Positions 31,839 to 39,905 of a DNA stretch of 64,000 bases are shown here, piece by piece. Made by a program: the position numbers and the translations under genes. The notes beneath the pieces are model-generated. The model did no database searches. It saw only the letters and a program-made list of their open reading frames with translations, and was not told the origin of the DNA. The stretch comes from an uncultured Alphaproteobacteria bacterium (lineage in GTDB: Bacteria; Pseudomonadota; Alphaproteobacteria; Rs-D84), in the NCBI GenBank assembly GCA_934255455.1, contig CAKQNS010000003.1, forward strand, positions 38,666-102,665, written 5' to 3'. Numbering within the stretch: the stretch's first letter is position 1; every line of letters starts with the position of its first letter.

Positions 31839-33503
31839 TCAATCGTTATGCGTGGACCACGGGTCTTCGTTCATAATCAGATAATAAATTGATGGATTGT
31901 CGGTCCCGGGGTTGCGCAATATTGGCCGCACAACATATATATCAACATCGCATGCGTTGTTGTTTGCATCAGATTGCGTTTCGGTCAAATCTTGGTAAAA
32001 TTTTGCCGCCATATCCATGGCCTGCAAATATGCGGCATCGTCGTCGGCGGGACTGATTGTGTCGCCCAACCACATCAACCACATTCCATGATTGACAATG
32101 TTTTCTTGCCCCGCCAAGTCATCCGCCGACAGCAACAACAATGGTGCGAAATCAACGCCACTGGTGAATTCTCCGGTGCTGGTTTCGGTCCAATCGTACA
32201 TACCGCCAATAAATTTTATTGCGCCATATATTACGCCGCCGGTGGCCTCCATCTTGGCCAACATGCCGGCACTGCGCATGGTGGAATTGAACAGCCAATC
32301 GCGAATGCGACCTGATACGGCACTGCTGCGGGCAACGCGGGCCCCGCGGTTCAGCATTTTGTTGCCGGTGTTTGCCGCACGCAGCGCGCGCCAACCGCGC
32401 GCAACAACATTGCCACGCTGGGCGGTTTTCAGTCCGCGCAACGCGTGGCGATATTTGTTTATTTCGGCATAACTTTTTGTCGCCTGGGTGTATTGTTTAA
32501 CCTGGTCCGATGTTTGTTCCATTTCGCGCATAGATTTGGCCAAATCGGCAACCTGGTCCGATTTGCGTGCATATTCGGCGGCATTCGCGGCGCGATCTAT
32601 TTTCTTTAATTCTTCCGCTGCACGGGCGTATTGTTGCGACACACGGATATAGTCGCGAACCGCGTCGGTTTTTGCCAATGTGCGGATGGTACTGCCCAGG
32701 TTTTTCAGCGTTCGCGACGCGCGCGCGGCCTTGGTAGTGCCCAGCAAAACCGTGCCACCCCCGGCGGTCACAACGGTTATGGCCACATCCAGCCCTATTT
32801 CCAAATATGACACCCAACGCAAATCGGCATCGCCCGCGACGTAGTAGTCATTTGAATCGTCGTCCAATCCAACGGTTTTATGCATGGCCACATTTATCAT
32901 ATCGCTGTCGTTGGCAAACGCGCTTTTACTGGTACAACGATTGTTTTGCGGATACAATTCGTCAATGTTGTTTTTTATATATTCCAGTGAAATTGTGTGA
33001 TTTGTGCCGGCGGCGGCAAATCGGTCCAGGGCGCCATGTTGCACAACCATAATGGCATACCACGCCGGGTCGGTATTGGTCCATACGGCATTGTCCCCGT
33101 CGCCACCAATGCGCGGGCTGTCGCCCGCCGGTGGCATTGCGGCGCGCGTGGCCAACATTAAACGCTGGTGTAAAATCCTGGGTTGGGTTTCGTAATTGAT
33201 AACTATTTCGCGGCCGCCCGGAAAAGTGTATTTTATTGGCAAAAATTTCACTGTTTCGGTTATATCAATACCCGAAATTTCGGGGCACGCCAAAACAGTG
33301 CGCAATACATCGGCGTCGGCAAATGTTTTTTGCACCCATTGTTGAATAACAATTTCATCGTCGGTTTCAGAAACAGTATTCGCCGTTGCCGCCAACGCAT
33401 TTGCAAACGCCGCCGTCGCACATTCGGTGGTTTCAAGCATCGCACGTGCCGTAGTGGCCCACAGACATATACATAGTGCACAAAATGCGATTTGAATTCG
33501 CAT
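31839..33503 (-). CDS. exported/membrane protein (554 aa), unknown function
   Basis: Signal peptide ending ARA|M, a central hydrophobic segment, and a long A/R/K-rich helical region. The start lies 4 nt after the upstream stop. Confidence 0.7.
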   Translation of the reverse strand: MRIQIAFCALCICLWATTARAMLETTECATAAFANALAATANTVSETDDEIVIQQWVQKTFADADVLRTVLACPEISGIDITETVKFLPIKYTFPGGREIVINYETQPRILHQRLMLATRAAMPPAGDSPRIGGDGDNAVWTNTDPAWYAIMVVQHGALDRFAAAGTNHTISLEYIKNNIDELYPQNNRCTSKSAFANDSDMINVAMHKTVGLDDDSNDYYVAGDADLRWVSYLEIGLDVAITVVTAGGGTVLLGTTKAARASRTLKNLGSTIRTLAKTDAVRDYIRVSQQYARAAEELKKIDRAANAAEYARKSDQVADLAKSMREMEQTSDQVKQYTQATKSYAEINKYRHALRGLKTAQRGNVVARGWRALRAANTGNKMLNRGARVARSSAVSGRIRDWLFNSTMRSAGMLAKMEATGGVIYGAIKFIGGMYDWTETSTGEFTSGVDFAPLLLLSADDLAGQENIVNHGMWLMWLGDTISPADDDAAYLQAMDMAAKFYQDLTETQSDANNNACDVDIYVVRPILRNPGTDNPSIYYLIMNEDPWSTHND

Positions 33504-33507
33504 GTTT

Positions 33508-34719
33508 TTATTTCAATCCAAATCCTGTATCCGTGTTTTGTGTTCCACAGAAATCAATTATACGTTGACGCTCGGCCTGAATATTTTTAATGGCGGTCGC
33601 ATACGGGTCAGCGGTTGATGCCGCCCCCGGCGCATTTGGCGAAACTACGGCGGTGCCACCTGCCGCATTGCCATCAGATGTATAGCATGTATTACCAGAT
33701 TTTGTATATCCCGTTTTGCACACCCAATTCCAACAGAAATTTTCTGTGTCTGGTTGATATTCAATGTATTCTTCCAGACCACGCAATGGGGCCTCGCCGC
33801 AGAAACGATATTGGCATTCCGGTTCCCAAAAATCGTCTTGCCACAGACCGTCCCACCACGATAATTCCGTGTCAGACCATGTTTCAGAACCATTTTTTAT
33901 GTCACCCTGTAAACAGCGGCGCACGCCGTATGCAACTGGTTGACCATTGGAATCGTTCACGGCGCAAAACATATAGTCACCAATTTCCGCCTGGCGTTGC
34001 CCCTTGTTAAACGCGGTGTGACAGCATGTAAATGCGCCAGTAATCGGGTCATCCAAACAATCTGTTTCAGAAAATAATTGTGACCCAGTGATTACGCCGC
34101 CCAGGACCATGCCAACGCCCGCGCCAATAGCGGTGCCGATGGCCGGTACAAAACTGCCAACGCCGGCGCCAGCGGTACCCCCACCAACAACACCACTGAC
34201 AACATCCCAAGCGGAATGTTTTGTATTGCCAGATGTGGCCGAGACGACGGCGGCTGTGCCGCCAACAACCGCTACGCCGCCAGCAACCTTGGCCTTGGTG
34301 GACATACCCTTCCAATTGTTTTTGACTGCGGTACCAAAACCGGTTTTCGTGGTATTGGGCGTGTTGACAACCGCAGGTGCCGCACCAGCATTGTTGGGGG
34401 TTGATGGGGGCGCAGCAGCGGGCGCCGGTGCAGATGTCGCAGCTGGCGCAGTTGTCGTGGGGGCTGATGTAGATGTTGTTGTTGCTGTTGGCGCAGATGT
34501 CGCCGCCGGTGTGGTTGCCGGCGCGGCATTAGGATTTATACCATTCGCGGGCATTCCTGTTGTATTAATGAATTGGCCAGTTACGGCATCGCGCCATCTG
34601 TGGTCTGACAGGCTTTGTACTGGAACAACATTCGGGTCGTTCCAATTTAACGCCCACGCATCGCTCAATAATGCGCACAATGAACACAAACCGATAAAGC
34701 ACACACGATTAAATTTCAT
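33508..34719 (-). CDS. exported protein (403 aa) with a P/T/A-rich linker, glycine-zipper segment and Cys/Trp-rich C-terminal domain
   Basis: Start chosen at MKFNRVCFIGLCSLCALLS. Its ATG overlaps the upstream TGA (TGATG). Glycine zipper GVGSFVPAIGTAIGAGVGMVLGGVITG. Confidence 0.7.
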   Translation of the reverse strand: MKFNRVCFIGLCSLCALLSDAWALNWNDPNVVPVQSLSDHRWRDAVTGQFINTTGMPANGINPNAAPATTPAATSAPTATTTSTSAPTTTAPAATSAPAPAAAPPSTPNNAGAAPAVVNTPNTTKTGFGTAVKNNWKGMSTKAKVAGGVAVVGGTAAVVSATSGNTKHSAWDVVSGVVGGGTAGAGVGSFVPAIGTAIGAGVGMVLGGVITGSQLFSETDCLDDPITGAFTCCHTAFNKGQRQAEIGDYMFCAVNDSNGQPVAYGVRRCLQGDIKNGSETWSDTELSWWDGLWQDDFWEPECQYRFCGEAPLRGLEEYIEYQPDTENFCWNWVCKTGYTKSGNTCYTSDGNAAGGTAVVSPNAPGAASTADPYATAIKNIQAERQRIIDFCGTQNTDTGFGLK

Positions 34720-35624
34720 CAATATACCCCCTGGGTCTGACAACTGGTGAATGGGACGCCGGCCGATTGACATTTTTTCAGTGCCGCCAAATCGGCGTCC
34801 AATATCGCCAATTTTTGAAAATATTTTGTGCAATATGCGGCGCGACGCGATGCCTGGCGTTCGATATATTTTTCTTCGCTTTCGATGTTTAATTGGCGGT
34901 ATGCACTGGTATCTTTGTACGGCGCATATCCAGCGGCCGCGTTTTCCACGCGTTCGGTAAACGATGCATCGGCGATTGTTGTTGGAAATGCGGCGCGTTC
35001 AACATGTTCAGTGCCCGCACCATTTTGCGCCTGTAATGTTTCCAATGTTTCGGCACGTTGTTTCATTTCAGTGCCCCATTCCACGCCGTTCCATGTTGGC
35101 GATTGTGGTTCGTATGGATTATCTATTTTGAATTCAGAATTGGCCGATGCGTTGGCGGCGGTTGCCGTTGGAAATGCCGTTGCACGACCAGATTTTGGCG
35201 CCGCAATGGCATAGTTTGATTTATATTCGGCAAATGTGGTGTCAATAAAACCGGCGCATGGTGTCACATAGTTATGGTTTGGTAAACTGGCCAATTGCAC
35301 GGTCAATGCCGGGCGGGCGTCATCCAAACTGACCCCGATGCAATTGTTATGTGTTTGGCAATACGATGCAACCAATGCCGAAACAACACGTGCGCAATCG
35401 CCCGTGTCAACATCGGTGCCCTGGGCATATACTGGTTGGGGCATACGCTGGTTATACGGGCTGGACGGTGTCCAAAATGGATTAGACGAATAATTTTGCA
35501 CATTTTGAATTTGCCCATATTGCGACATAATCTTTGGCGTTGCGGCATTCAGCGCGCCCGCACCAAATAAAGAGCAAAGAGCAGAGAGCAGAGAGCAATG
35601 AAAAAATAGTTTATTTTTTATCAT
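34719..35624 (-). CDS. exported protein (301 aa), unknown function
   Basis: Signal peptide MIKNKLFFHCSLLSALCSLFGAGALNA|A. Residues CSLLSALCSL are encoded by the heptamer array 35571..35598. The ATG overlaps the four-helix-bundle gene stop (ATGA). Confidence 0.7.
   Translation of the reverse strand: MIKNKLFFHCSLLSALCSLFGAGALNAATPKIMSQYGQIQNVQNYSSNPFWTPSSPYNQRMPQPVYAQGTDVDTGDCARVVSALVASYCQTHNNCIGVSLDDARPALTVQLASLPNHNYVTPCAGFIDTTFAEYKSNYAIAAPKSGRATAFPTATAANASANSEFKIDNPYEPQSPTWNGVEWGTEMKQRAETLETLQAQNGAGTEHVERAAFPTTIADASFTERVENAAAGYAPYKDTSAYRQLNIESEEKYIERQASRRAAYCTKYFQKLAILDADLAALKKCQSAGVPFTSCQTQGVY
35571..35598 (+). repeat. 4-unit heptamer array, AGAGCAA type; downstream arm of cassette 2
   Basis: AGAGCAA AGAGCAG AGAGCAG AGAGCAA; inverted partner at 36010..36037. 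Confidence 0.8.
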
Positions 35625-36010
35625 CGTGTTTTTTCTTTTTTTGTGTTTTGTTCTGATTTAATATTCTTTTCAGTTGTTTTTGTTGTTGCCGCCAACATTC
35701 GTATCAGTTCTTTGCAATCACGGGTCATAGAATTGTACGATTTGTTGTCGATATAATCGGTTTCTTTCAGCAAGCACAGCCAGTACAAAGTCTCGGAACA
35801 TTCTTTGTAGGCGATGTATATTTTTGCCAGAAAGTCTGATTTTGTAATGGCGCAGTCCGCTTCGGATATATTGGCGCCAATACTGGTTCCAGAACGCAAA
35901 ATCTGTTTAGACAGAACAAACTCTTGCTGATTGGTGCACAAAAACTTGTACAGATTTATAATCCGTATCGCAAATTTTGTGCTTTTTTCCAGGGCTATGT
36001 TCTCTCTCAT
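35621..36010 (-). CDS. four-helix-bundle protein (TIGR02436 / '23S rRNA intervening sequence protein' / Avd-like family)
   Basis: VLSKQILRSGTSIGANISEADCAITKSDFLAKIYIAYKECSETLYWLCLLK is the family core. It is a paralogue of 54656..55039. Start chosen at MRENIALEK; the listed start at 36031 lies inside the repeat arm. Confidence 0.85.
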   Translation of the reverse strand: MRENIALEKSTKFAIRIINLYKFLCTNQQEFVLSKQILRSGTSIGANISEADCAITKSDFLAKIYIAYKECSETLYWLCLLKETDYIDNKSYNSMTRDCKELIRMLAATTKTTEKNIKSEQNTKKEKTR

Positions 36011-36037
36011 TGCTCTCTGCTCTCTGCGCATTGCTCT
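36010..36037 (-). repeat. 4-unit heptamer array, AGAGCAA type; upstream arm of cassette 2
   Basis: Minus strand: AGAGCAA TGCGCAG AGAGCAG AGAGCAA, running directly into the ATG. Confidence 0.8.
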
Positions 36038-36050
36038 CTTTTAATAATAA

Positions 36051-36521
36051 TTATATCAAAAATGCCATTGTTATTAAAGCCAAAATTATGCCGGTGATAA
36101 AGAACGGCGCAAACGGAATGTATTTCTGGTGTTTGGCGGTGGCCCACACGGCGCCGGTCACACATGCCACAATCAATGCCAGTGATACGCCCTGGACCCC
36201 GGCCCACACGCCGCCGGTTGCAATCAATTTTATATCGCCCATGCCAATTGGGGTGCTGGCATCTGGATTTTTCCAGCGGCGCACCGCATCAAACACAAAA
36301 CCGGTGCCGGCCGCCAATGCATATCCAAACGCCGCACCAATTGCCGCGCCGCGCGGCCCAACCGGCCAAACGAACCAATTTGTTATCAACAATCCAATCA
36401 GCATCAACGGCCACAGAAACGCATCGGGTATAATACGGCGGCGCAAATCGGCCCGTGAAATTTGCCACGCGCACCATAATGCAATGCCCAGTAAAATAAT
36501 GAAAAAGATTTGCCAAATCAT
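36051..36521 (-). CDS. A24-family prepilin peptidase (CpaA-like, no methyltransferase domain)
   Basis: RRRIIPD and GMGDIKLIATGG contain the two catalytic Asp motifs. 5-6 TM helices. Start chosen at MIWQIFF; the rest of the listed ORF is antisense to gcrA. Confidence 0.75.
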   Translation of the reverse strand: MIWQIFFIILLGIALWCAWQISRADLRRRIIPDAFLWPLMLIGLLITNWFVWPVGPRGAAIGAAFGYALAAGTGFVFDAVRRWKNPDASTPIGMGDIKLIATGGVWAGVQGVSLALIVACVTGAVWATAKHQKYIPFAPFFITGIILALITMAFLI

Positions 36522-36532
36522 ATTTTTCCCCC

Positions 36533-36562
36533 TTGCCTTTCGATTCGGAACTGTGATAGAAT
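36533..36562 (+). promoter_or_regulatory. sigma70-like promoter for gcrA
   Basis: TTGCCT, 18-nt spacer, TAGAAT. Confidence 0.4.
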
Positions 36563-36597
36563 TATACCATAAAAAGTACAACAGAGGTTGATATAAA

Positions 36598-37233
36598 ATG
36601 AGCAAGGGTTGGGATAACACAGCACTGAAAAAATTAAAAGCCCTGATGGGCAAGGGTTTGTCCACATCGGAAATCGGCAAAAAATTGGGCATCAGTAAAA
36701 ACGCCGTTGTTGGCAAATTGAACCGGTTGGGCTGGAACGCCAAGGCGGGTGCCACCGCGACAAAGACCGCAACGGAAAAAAAGACGACAAAATCGGCCGC
36801 ACCGGCCCCGGCTAAAAAGCCTGCGGTCAAGAAAACGACCACAAATGCAAAGCCAACCAAGGCAACCACAGCCAAGGCACCAGCGGTCAAACCAACCAAG
36901 ACCACACCTGCAAAGAAAGCGGCCCCGGACAAATCCATATCAGTCAAGGCCGTGCCCGCCAAGAAAGCGCCGGCCCCGGTCAAAAACCCGGCACCCAAGG
37001 CGCCGGCCAAGGAACCAAAATCGTTAAGCAATAAAACATTGGCCATGCACCAGCGTATAATCCAGCATTCGTTGGAAATGGCGAATTTGAAACCGAATCA
37101 GTGCCGTTGGCCAATTGGTGATCCGGATTCTGAAAATTTCCATTTCTGTGGTGAAACGGTGTTTGTGGGTAAACCATATTGCTATGAACACTGTAAACAG
37201 GCATATCAATTTACACCGCCAAAGAAAAAATAA
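36598..37233 (+). CDS. gcrA: GcrA cell-cycle regulator
   Basis: N-terminus W.N..LKKLKALMGKGLSTSEIGKKLGISKNAVVGKLNRLG and C-terminus CRWPIGDPDSENFHFCGETVFVGKPYCYEHCKQAYQ are the GcrA signatures. The linker is K/A/P-rich. Confidence 0.9.
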   Translation: MSKGWDNTALKKLKALMGKGLSTSEIGKKLGISKNAVVGKLNRLGWNAKAGATATKTATEKKTTKSAAPAPAKKPAVKKTTTNAKPTKATTAKAPAVKPTKTTPAKKAAPDKSISVKAVPAKKAPAPVKNPAPKAPAKEPKSLSNKTLAMHQRIIQHSLEMANLKPNQCRWPIGDPDSENFHFCGETVFVGKPYCYEHCKQAYQFTPPKKK

Positions 37234-37253
37234 CTAAATGTGGGGAACGTATA

Positions 37254-39293
37254 ATGTCAACCGAGAGAGAGAATAAAACCGTTTTAACCCAACGTCATTA
37301 TGATATAGATGGCAATGACCTGCGCGCGTACTATAACGGCGCGGGACATTTGGTTTTTGTGATTGATGTGACGACCGGTGATGTTAAACCCAATGTTTTG
37401 TTGGTGATGAATCCGGTCGGCAACCGCAAATGGGACGATGTGCTGGAAAACGATTGGAATGTTGATTTGGAAACTGTGCGTCCGCGTCGGGATAACAAGT
37501 ATCAAAAATTGGACATTGAATACGGTGGGTTGAATATATATGACAATTTAATTCGTGCGTATGATTCTGGCGATGATATTTCGGGTGCGCTGGCCGAATT
37601 GGTGGCGTTTCGTAATGCGTCGGTTCGCCGCGCGGCAACGGAACGGTTGGATGCCGCAAATCGTACAATTGAACGCGCGAATGAAACAATTGAAAAAACA
37701 AATGATTCTGTGGCGGAATTGCAATCGCGCGTGCGCACATTGAACGCCAAATTGACCCAGCATCGCAAATCTGTGGGACGCAAACCGACCAAGGAATCTG
37801 CATCAAAAATATTAAAGACCGAGGCCCAACTGGATGCGACAAACGACAAAATTCGTCGTGCCAAGCGCCGCATAGTAAATGCCAAACGGCGTATGGCGGC
37901 GGCCGCCGACGATGCAACCGCGGCCCAGGAATTATTGGCGCGCATTCCGGAAATTGTGGATGTGCCCGCACCGCGTAAAAATGATTTGTCTGTGGTGGCG
38001 GCCAAATCCAATATTAATCAACCAAAGGCAACAGAAATGGCCGACGAAGAAGTAAAACCGTTATTTGATAAAGACCCAGAAATTTTGGACGAAGAAATTG
38101 CGTTCAAACCGATTGATTTTGATGCGCCGTCGCCATTTGTTGCTGGGCCGGTTGACCAAGCACCCACGGACGATGCGGCGCCGGTTGTTGAACCGTTGAC
38201 TTTTGTGCCGCCGGTGTCGCCACATGCGGTTGATGCGGCATCTGACGAAGTCGCACCGCAACCGCAAACTGTTGTGAATGTTTTTGCACCGGTACCCGAT
38301 GTGCCGGCGGCGGATTTGGCGCCCGCGCCACAGGCTGATGCGCCCACACCAATTTTGAACACAATCACACCGGCGACTGCCCCTGTGGCGGACGATGCGC
38401 CAGTTGTCGCGACGCCGGCCCCAGATGTGGCACCAGCCCCCGCCCCAACGCCAGAATCGCGCCCGGCGCCAATTGCGCCAAATATCCCATCTGCGACAGA
38501 TGTGCGTCCGGTATCACCAATTACTGGTAATGTGACCCCGGTATCGCCCGGCACCACGCAAAAAACATCAGTTATCTACTATGTTGCACTGGGTGTGTTG
38601 ATTATGTTGTCGATATTTACATTGTGGCTGTATCAACAGCGTTCGACCACAAGCACCGTTCCGAATTTAACCGCGGTTGTGTCCAGTGAAAATGTGGTGA
38701 AAACGCCTGCGGCACCGACCGCAACCGATGTGGCGACAACACCGTTTGTTGATGAAAATACCGCCCCGTCGGCACCAGTTGATGCGCCTCGGCCCGTGGT
38801 TGTTGAAGCCGAACCCGAACCAGTCGTGGTTGAACCAGAACCAACTGTCGTCGAACCTGTGACAGAGCCCGAACCAGAACCAGTCGCGGTTGAACCAGAA
38901 CCCGAACCAGTGGTGGCTGCGTCCGCGCCCGTTGCCACCGAACCCGCCCCGGCACCCGTGCCGGCCGTGACGGTAAACCCGATTTCCACGGTTGCGCCCA
39001 CACCGACGCCAACGGTGACCGAAACACCAAAAATTGTTGAATCCGAAGAAGAGATATTGGCCAAAAAGCCATCGTATTCGGTGTCATCGTCCCAGCAAGA
39101 AATGTTTGTGGCATCACCAGCATACGATACGGAAACCGTTGTTGAAACCGAAGAAGCCGTGACCTGTGATGATGGCAGCGCGCCCGATATGCGCGGATGT
39201 TGCCCAGGCGAAGTTTTTTCAGATATGGGCGATGGCACAACGGCATGTTGTATTGATGGTACCGACACGTGTTTTCCGCCGTTGGAAATATAA
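37254..39293 (+). CDS. bitopic membrane protein (679 aa): coiled-coil cytoplasmic domain, Pro-rich linkers, one TM, Cys-rich C-terminal knot
   Basis: Coiled coil around residues 120-240, TM VIYYVALGVLIMLSIFTLWLY, (EPEPVVV)n repeats, and C-terminal CDDGSAPDMRGCCPGEVFSDMGDGTTACCIDGTDTC. Begins 21 nt after gcrA. Confidence 0.7.
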   Translation: MSTERENKTVLTQRHYDIDGNDLRAYYNGAGHLVFVIDVTTGDVKPNVLLVMNPVGNRKWDDVLENDWNVDLETVRPRRDNKYQKLDIEYGGLNIYDNLIRAYDSGDDISGALAELVAFRNASVRRAATERLDAANRTIERANETIEKTNDSVAELQSRVRTLNAKLTQHRKSVGRKPTKESASKILKTEAQLDATNDKIRRAKRRIVNAKRRMAAAADDATAAQELLARIPEIVDVPAPRKNDLSVVAAKSNINQPKATEMADEEVKPLFDKDPEILDEEIAFKPIDFDAPSPFVAGPVDQAPTDDAAPVVEPLTFVPPVSPHAVDAASDEVAPQPQTVVNVFAPVPDVPAADLAPAPQADAPTPILNTITPATAPVADDAPVVATPAPDVAPAPAPTPESRPAPIAPNIPSATDVRPVSPITGNVTPVSPGTTQKTSVIYYVALGVLIMLSIFTLWLYQQRSTTSTVPNLTAVVSSENVVKTPAAPTATDVATTPFVDENTAPSAPVDAPRPVVVEAEPEPVVVEPEPTVVEPVTEPEPEPVAVEPEPEPVVAASAPVATEPAPAPVPAVTVNPISTVAPTPTPTVTETPKIVESEEEILAKKPSYSVSSSQQEMFVASPAYDTETVVETEEAVTCDDGSAPDMRGCCPGEVFSDMGDGTTACCIDGTDTCFPPLEI

Positions 39294-39295
39294 TT

Positions 39296-39320
39296 AAAAA
39301 CGCCCGTATGGGCGTTTTTT
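39296..39320. terminator. bidirectional terminator
   Basis: AAAAACGCCC-GTAT-GGGCGTTTTTT. Confidence 0.75.
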
Positions 39321-39696
39321 AATTCTTTTCAATAACCACTATGGCGGCGGAATAATCGTCCTGGTCGGTGATGGACAGATGTACGACCGCATCTGGTCCG
39401 GCCAATTCTTTTAACGCGGCGCGTGCGCCACCGGCAATCAATAATTCGGGACGGCCGGCATCATTGTGCACAACCGAAACATCGGAAAACGCAATGTCGT
39501 CACCAAACCCGGTGCCCAACGCTTTCAGGCATGCCTCGCGTGCGGCCCAGAAATTTGCTAAATGTTTTTCGGCGTTTGCGTTATCTGTATCGGCATATTC
39601 TAATTCTTTTTTTGTGAATATGCGTTGTTTTTTGAACGCGGACCAATCCAAGAAACGCCCGCTTTCGACCAAATCAATTCCAATTCCCATAATCAT
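39319..39696 (-). CDS. acpS: holo-[acyl-carrier-protein] synthase
   Basis: GIGIDLVE ... FWAAREACLKALGTG ... the typical AcpS pattern. Confidence 0.85.
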   Translation of the reverse strand: MIMGIGIDLVESGRFLDWSAFKKQRIFTKKELEYADTDNANAEKHLANFWAAREACLKALGTGFGDDIAFSDVSVVHNDAGRPELLIAGGARAALKELAGPDAVVHLSITDQDDYSAAIVVIEKN

Positions 39697-39828
39697 AGAA
39701 CGGCACCCCCCATCAGGTTAAATTCGATATGCGCATACTAATAACTTTTTTCCGATTCGTGCAAGCATAAAATGCGGCAAATAAAAGTATTGTTTTTTTG
39801 AAACGAATAGATTATATTTGTGTGCGTT

Positions 39829-39905
39829 CGGGGTGTAGCTCAGCCTGGTAGAGTACTTGCATGGGGTGCAAGGGGTCGCAGGTTCGATTCCTGTCACCCC
39901 GACCA
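39829..39905 (+). tRNA. tRNA-Pro (anticodon GGG)
   Basis: CGGGGTGTAGCTCAGCCTGGTAGAGTACTTGCATGGGGTGCAAGGGGTCGCAGGTTCGATTCCTGTCACCCCGACCA. Confidence 0.9.

Noticed and set aside
34088-34750. 220-aa plus-strand ORF rich in P/A/T/V.
   Set aside because: It is antisense to the P/T/A-rich linker of the 403-aa exported protein. That protein has a signal peptide and is translationally coupled to its neighbours.
35571-36037. Could the four-helix-bundle (Avd-like) genes mark a diversity-generating retroelement?
   Set aside because: There is no reverse transcriptase ORF anywhere in the window. I noticed no template/variable repeat pair with adenine-specific differences. The repeats in the giant gene differ at all base types.
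36522-37046. Long Ala/Gly/Val/Phe-rich extension of the prepilin peptidase ORF.
   Set aside because: It is antisense to gcrA, whose N- and C-terminal signatures are unambiguous. The peptidase motifs all lie downstream of MIWQIFF (36521).
38018-39268. Minus-strand ORFs of 179-211 aa rich in G/S/T/A.
   Set aside because: They are shadow frames of the Pro/Ala/Val/Glu-rich part of the 679-aa gene.
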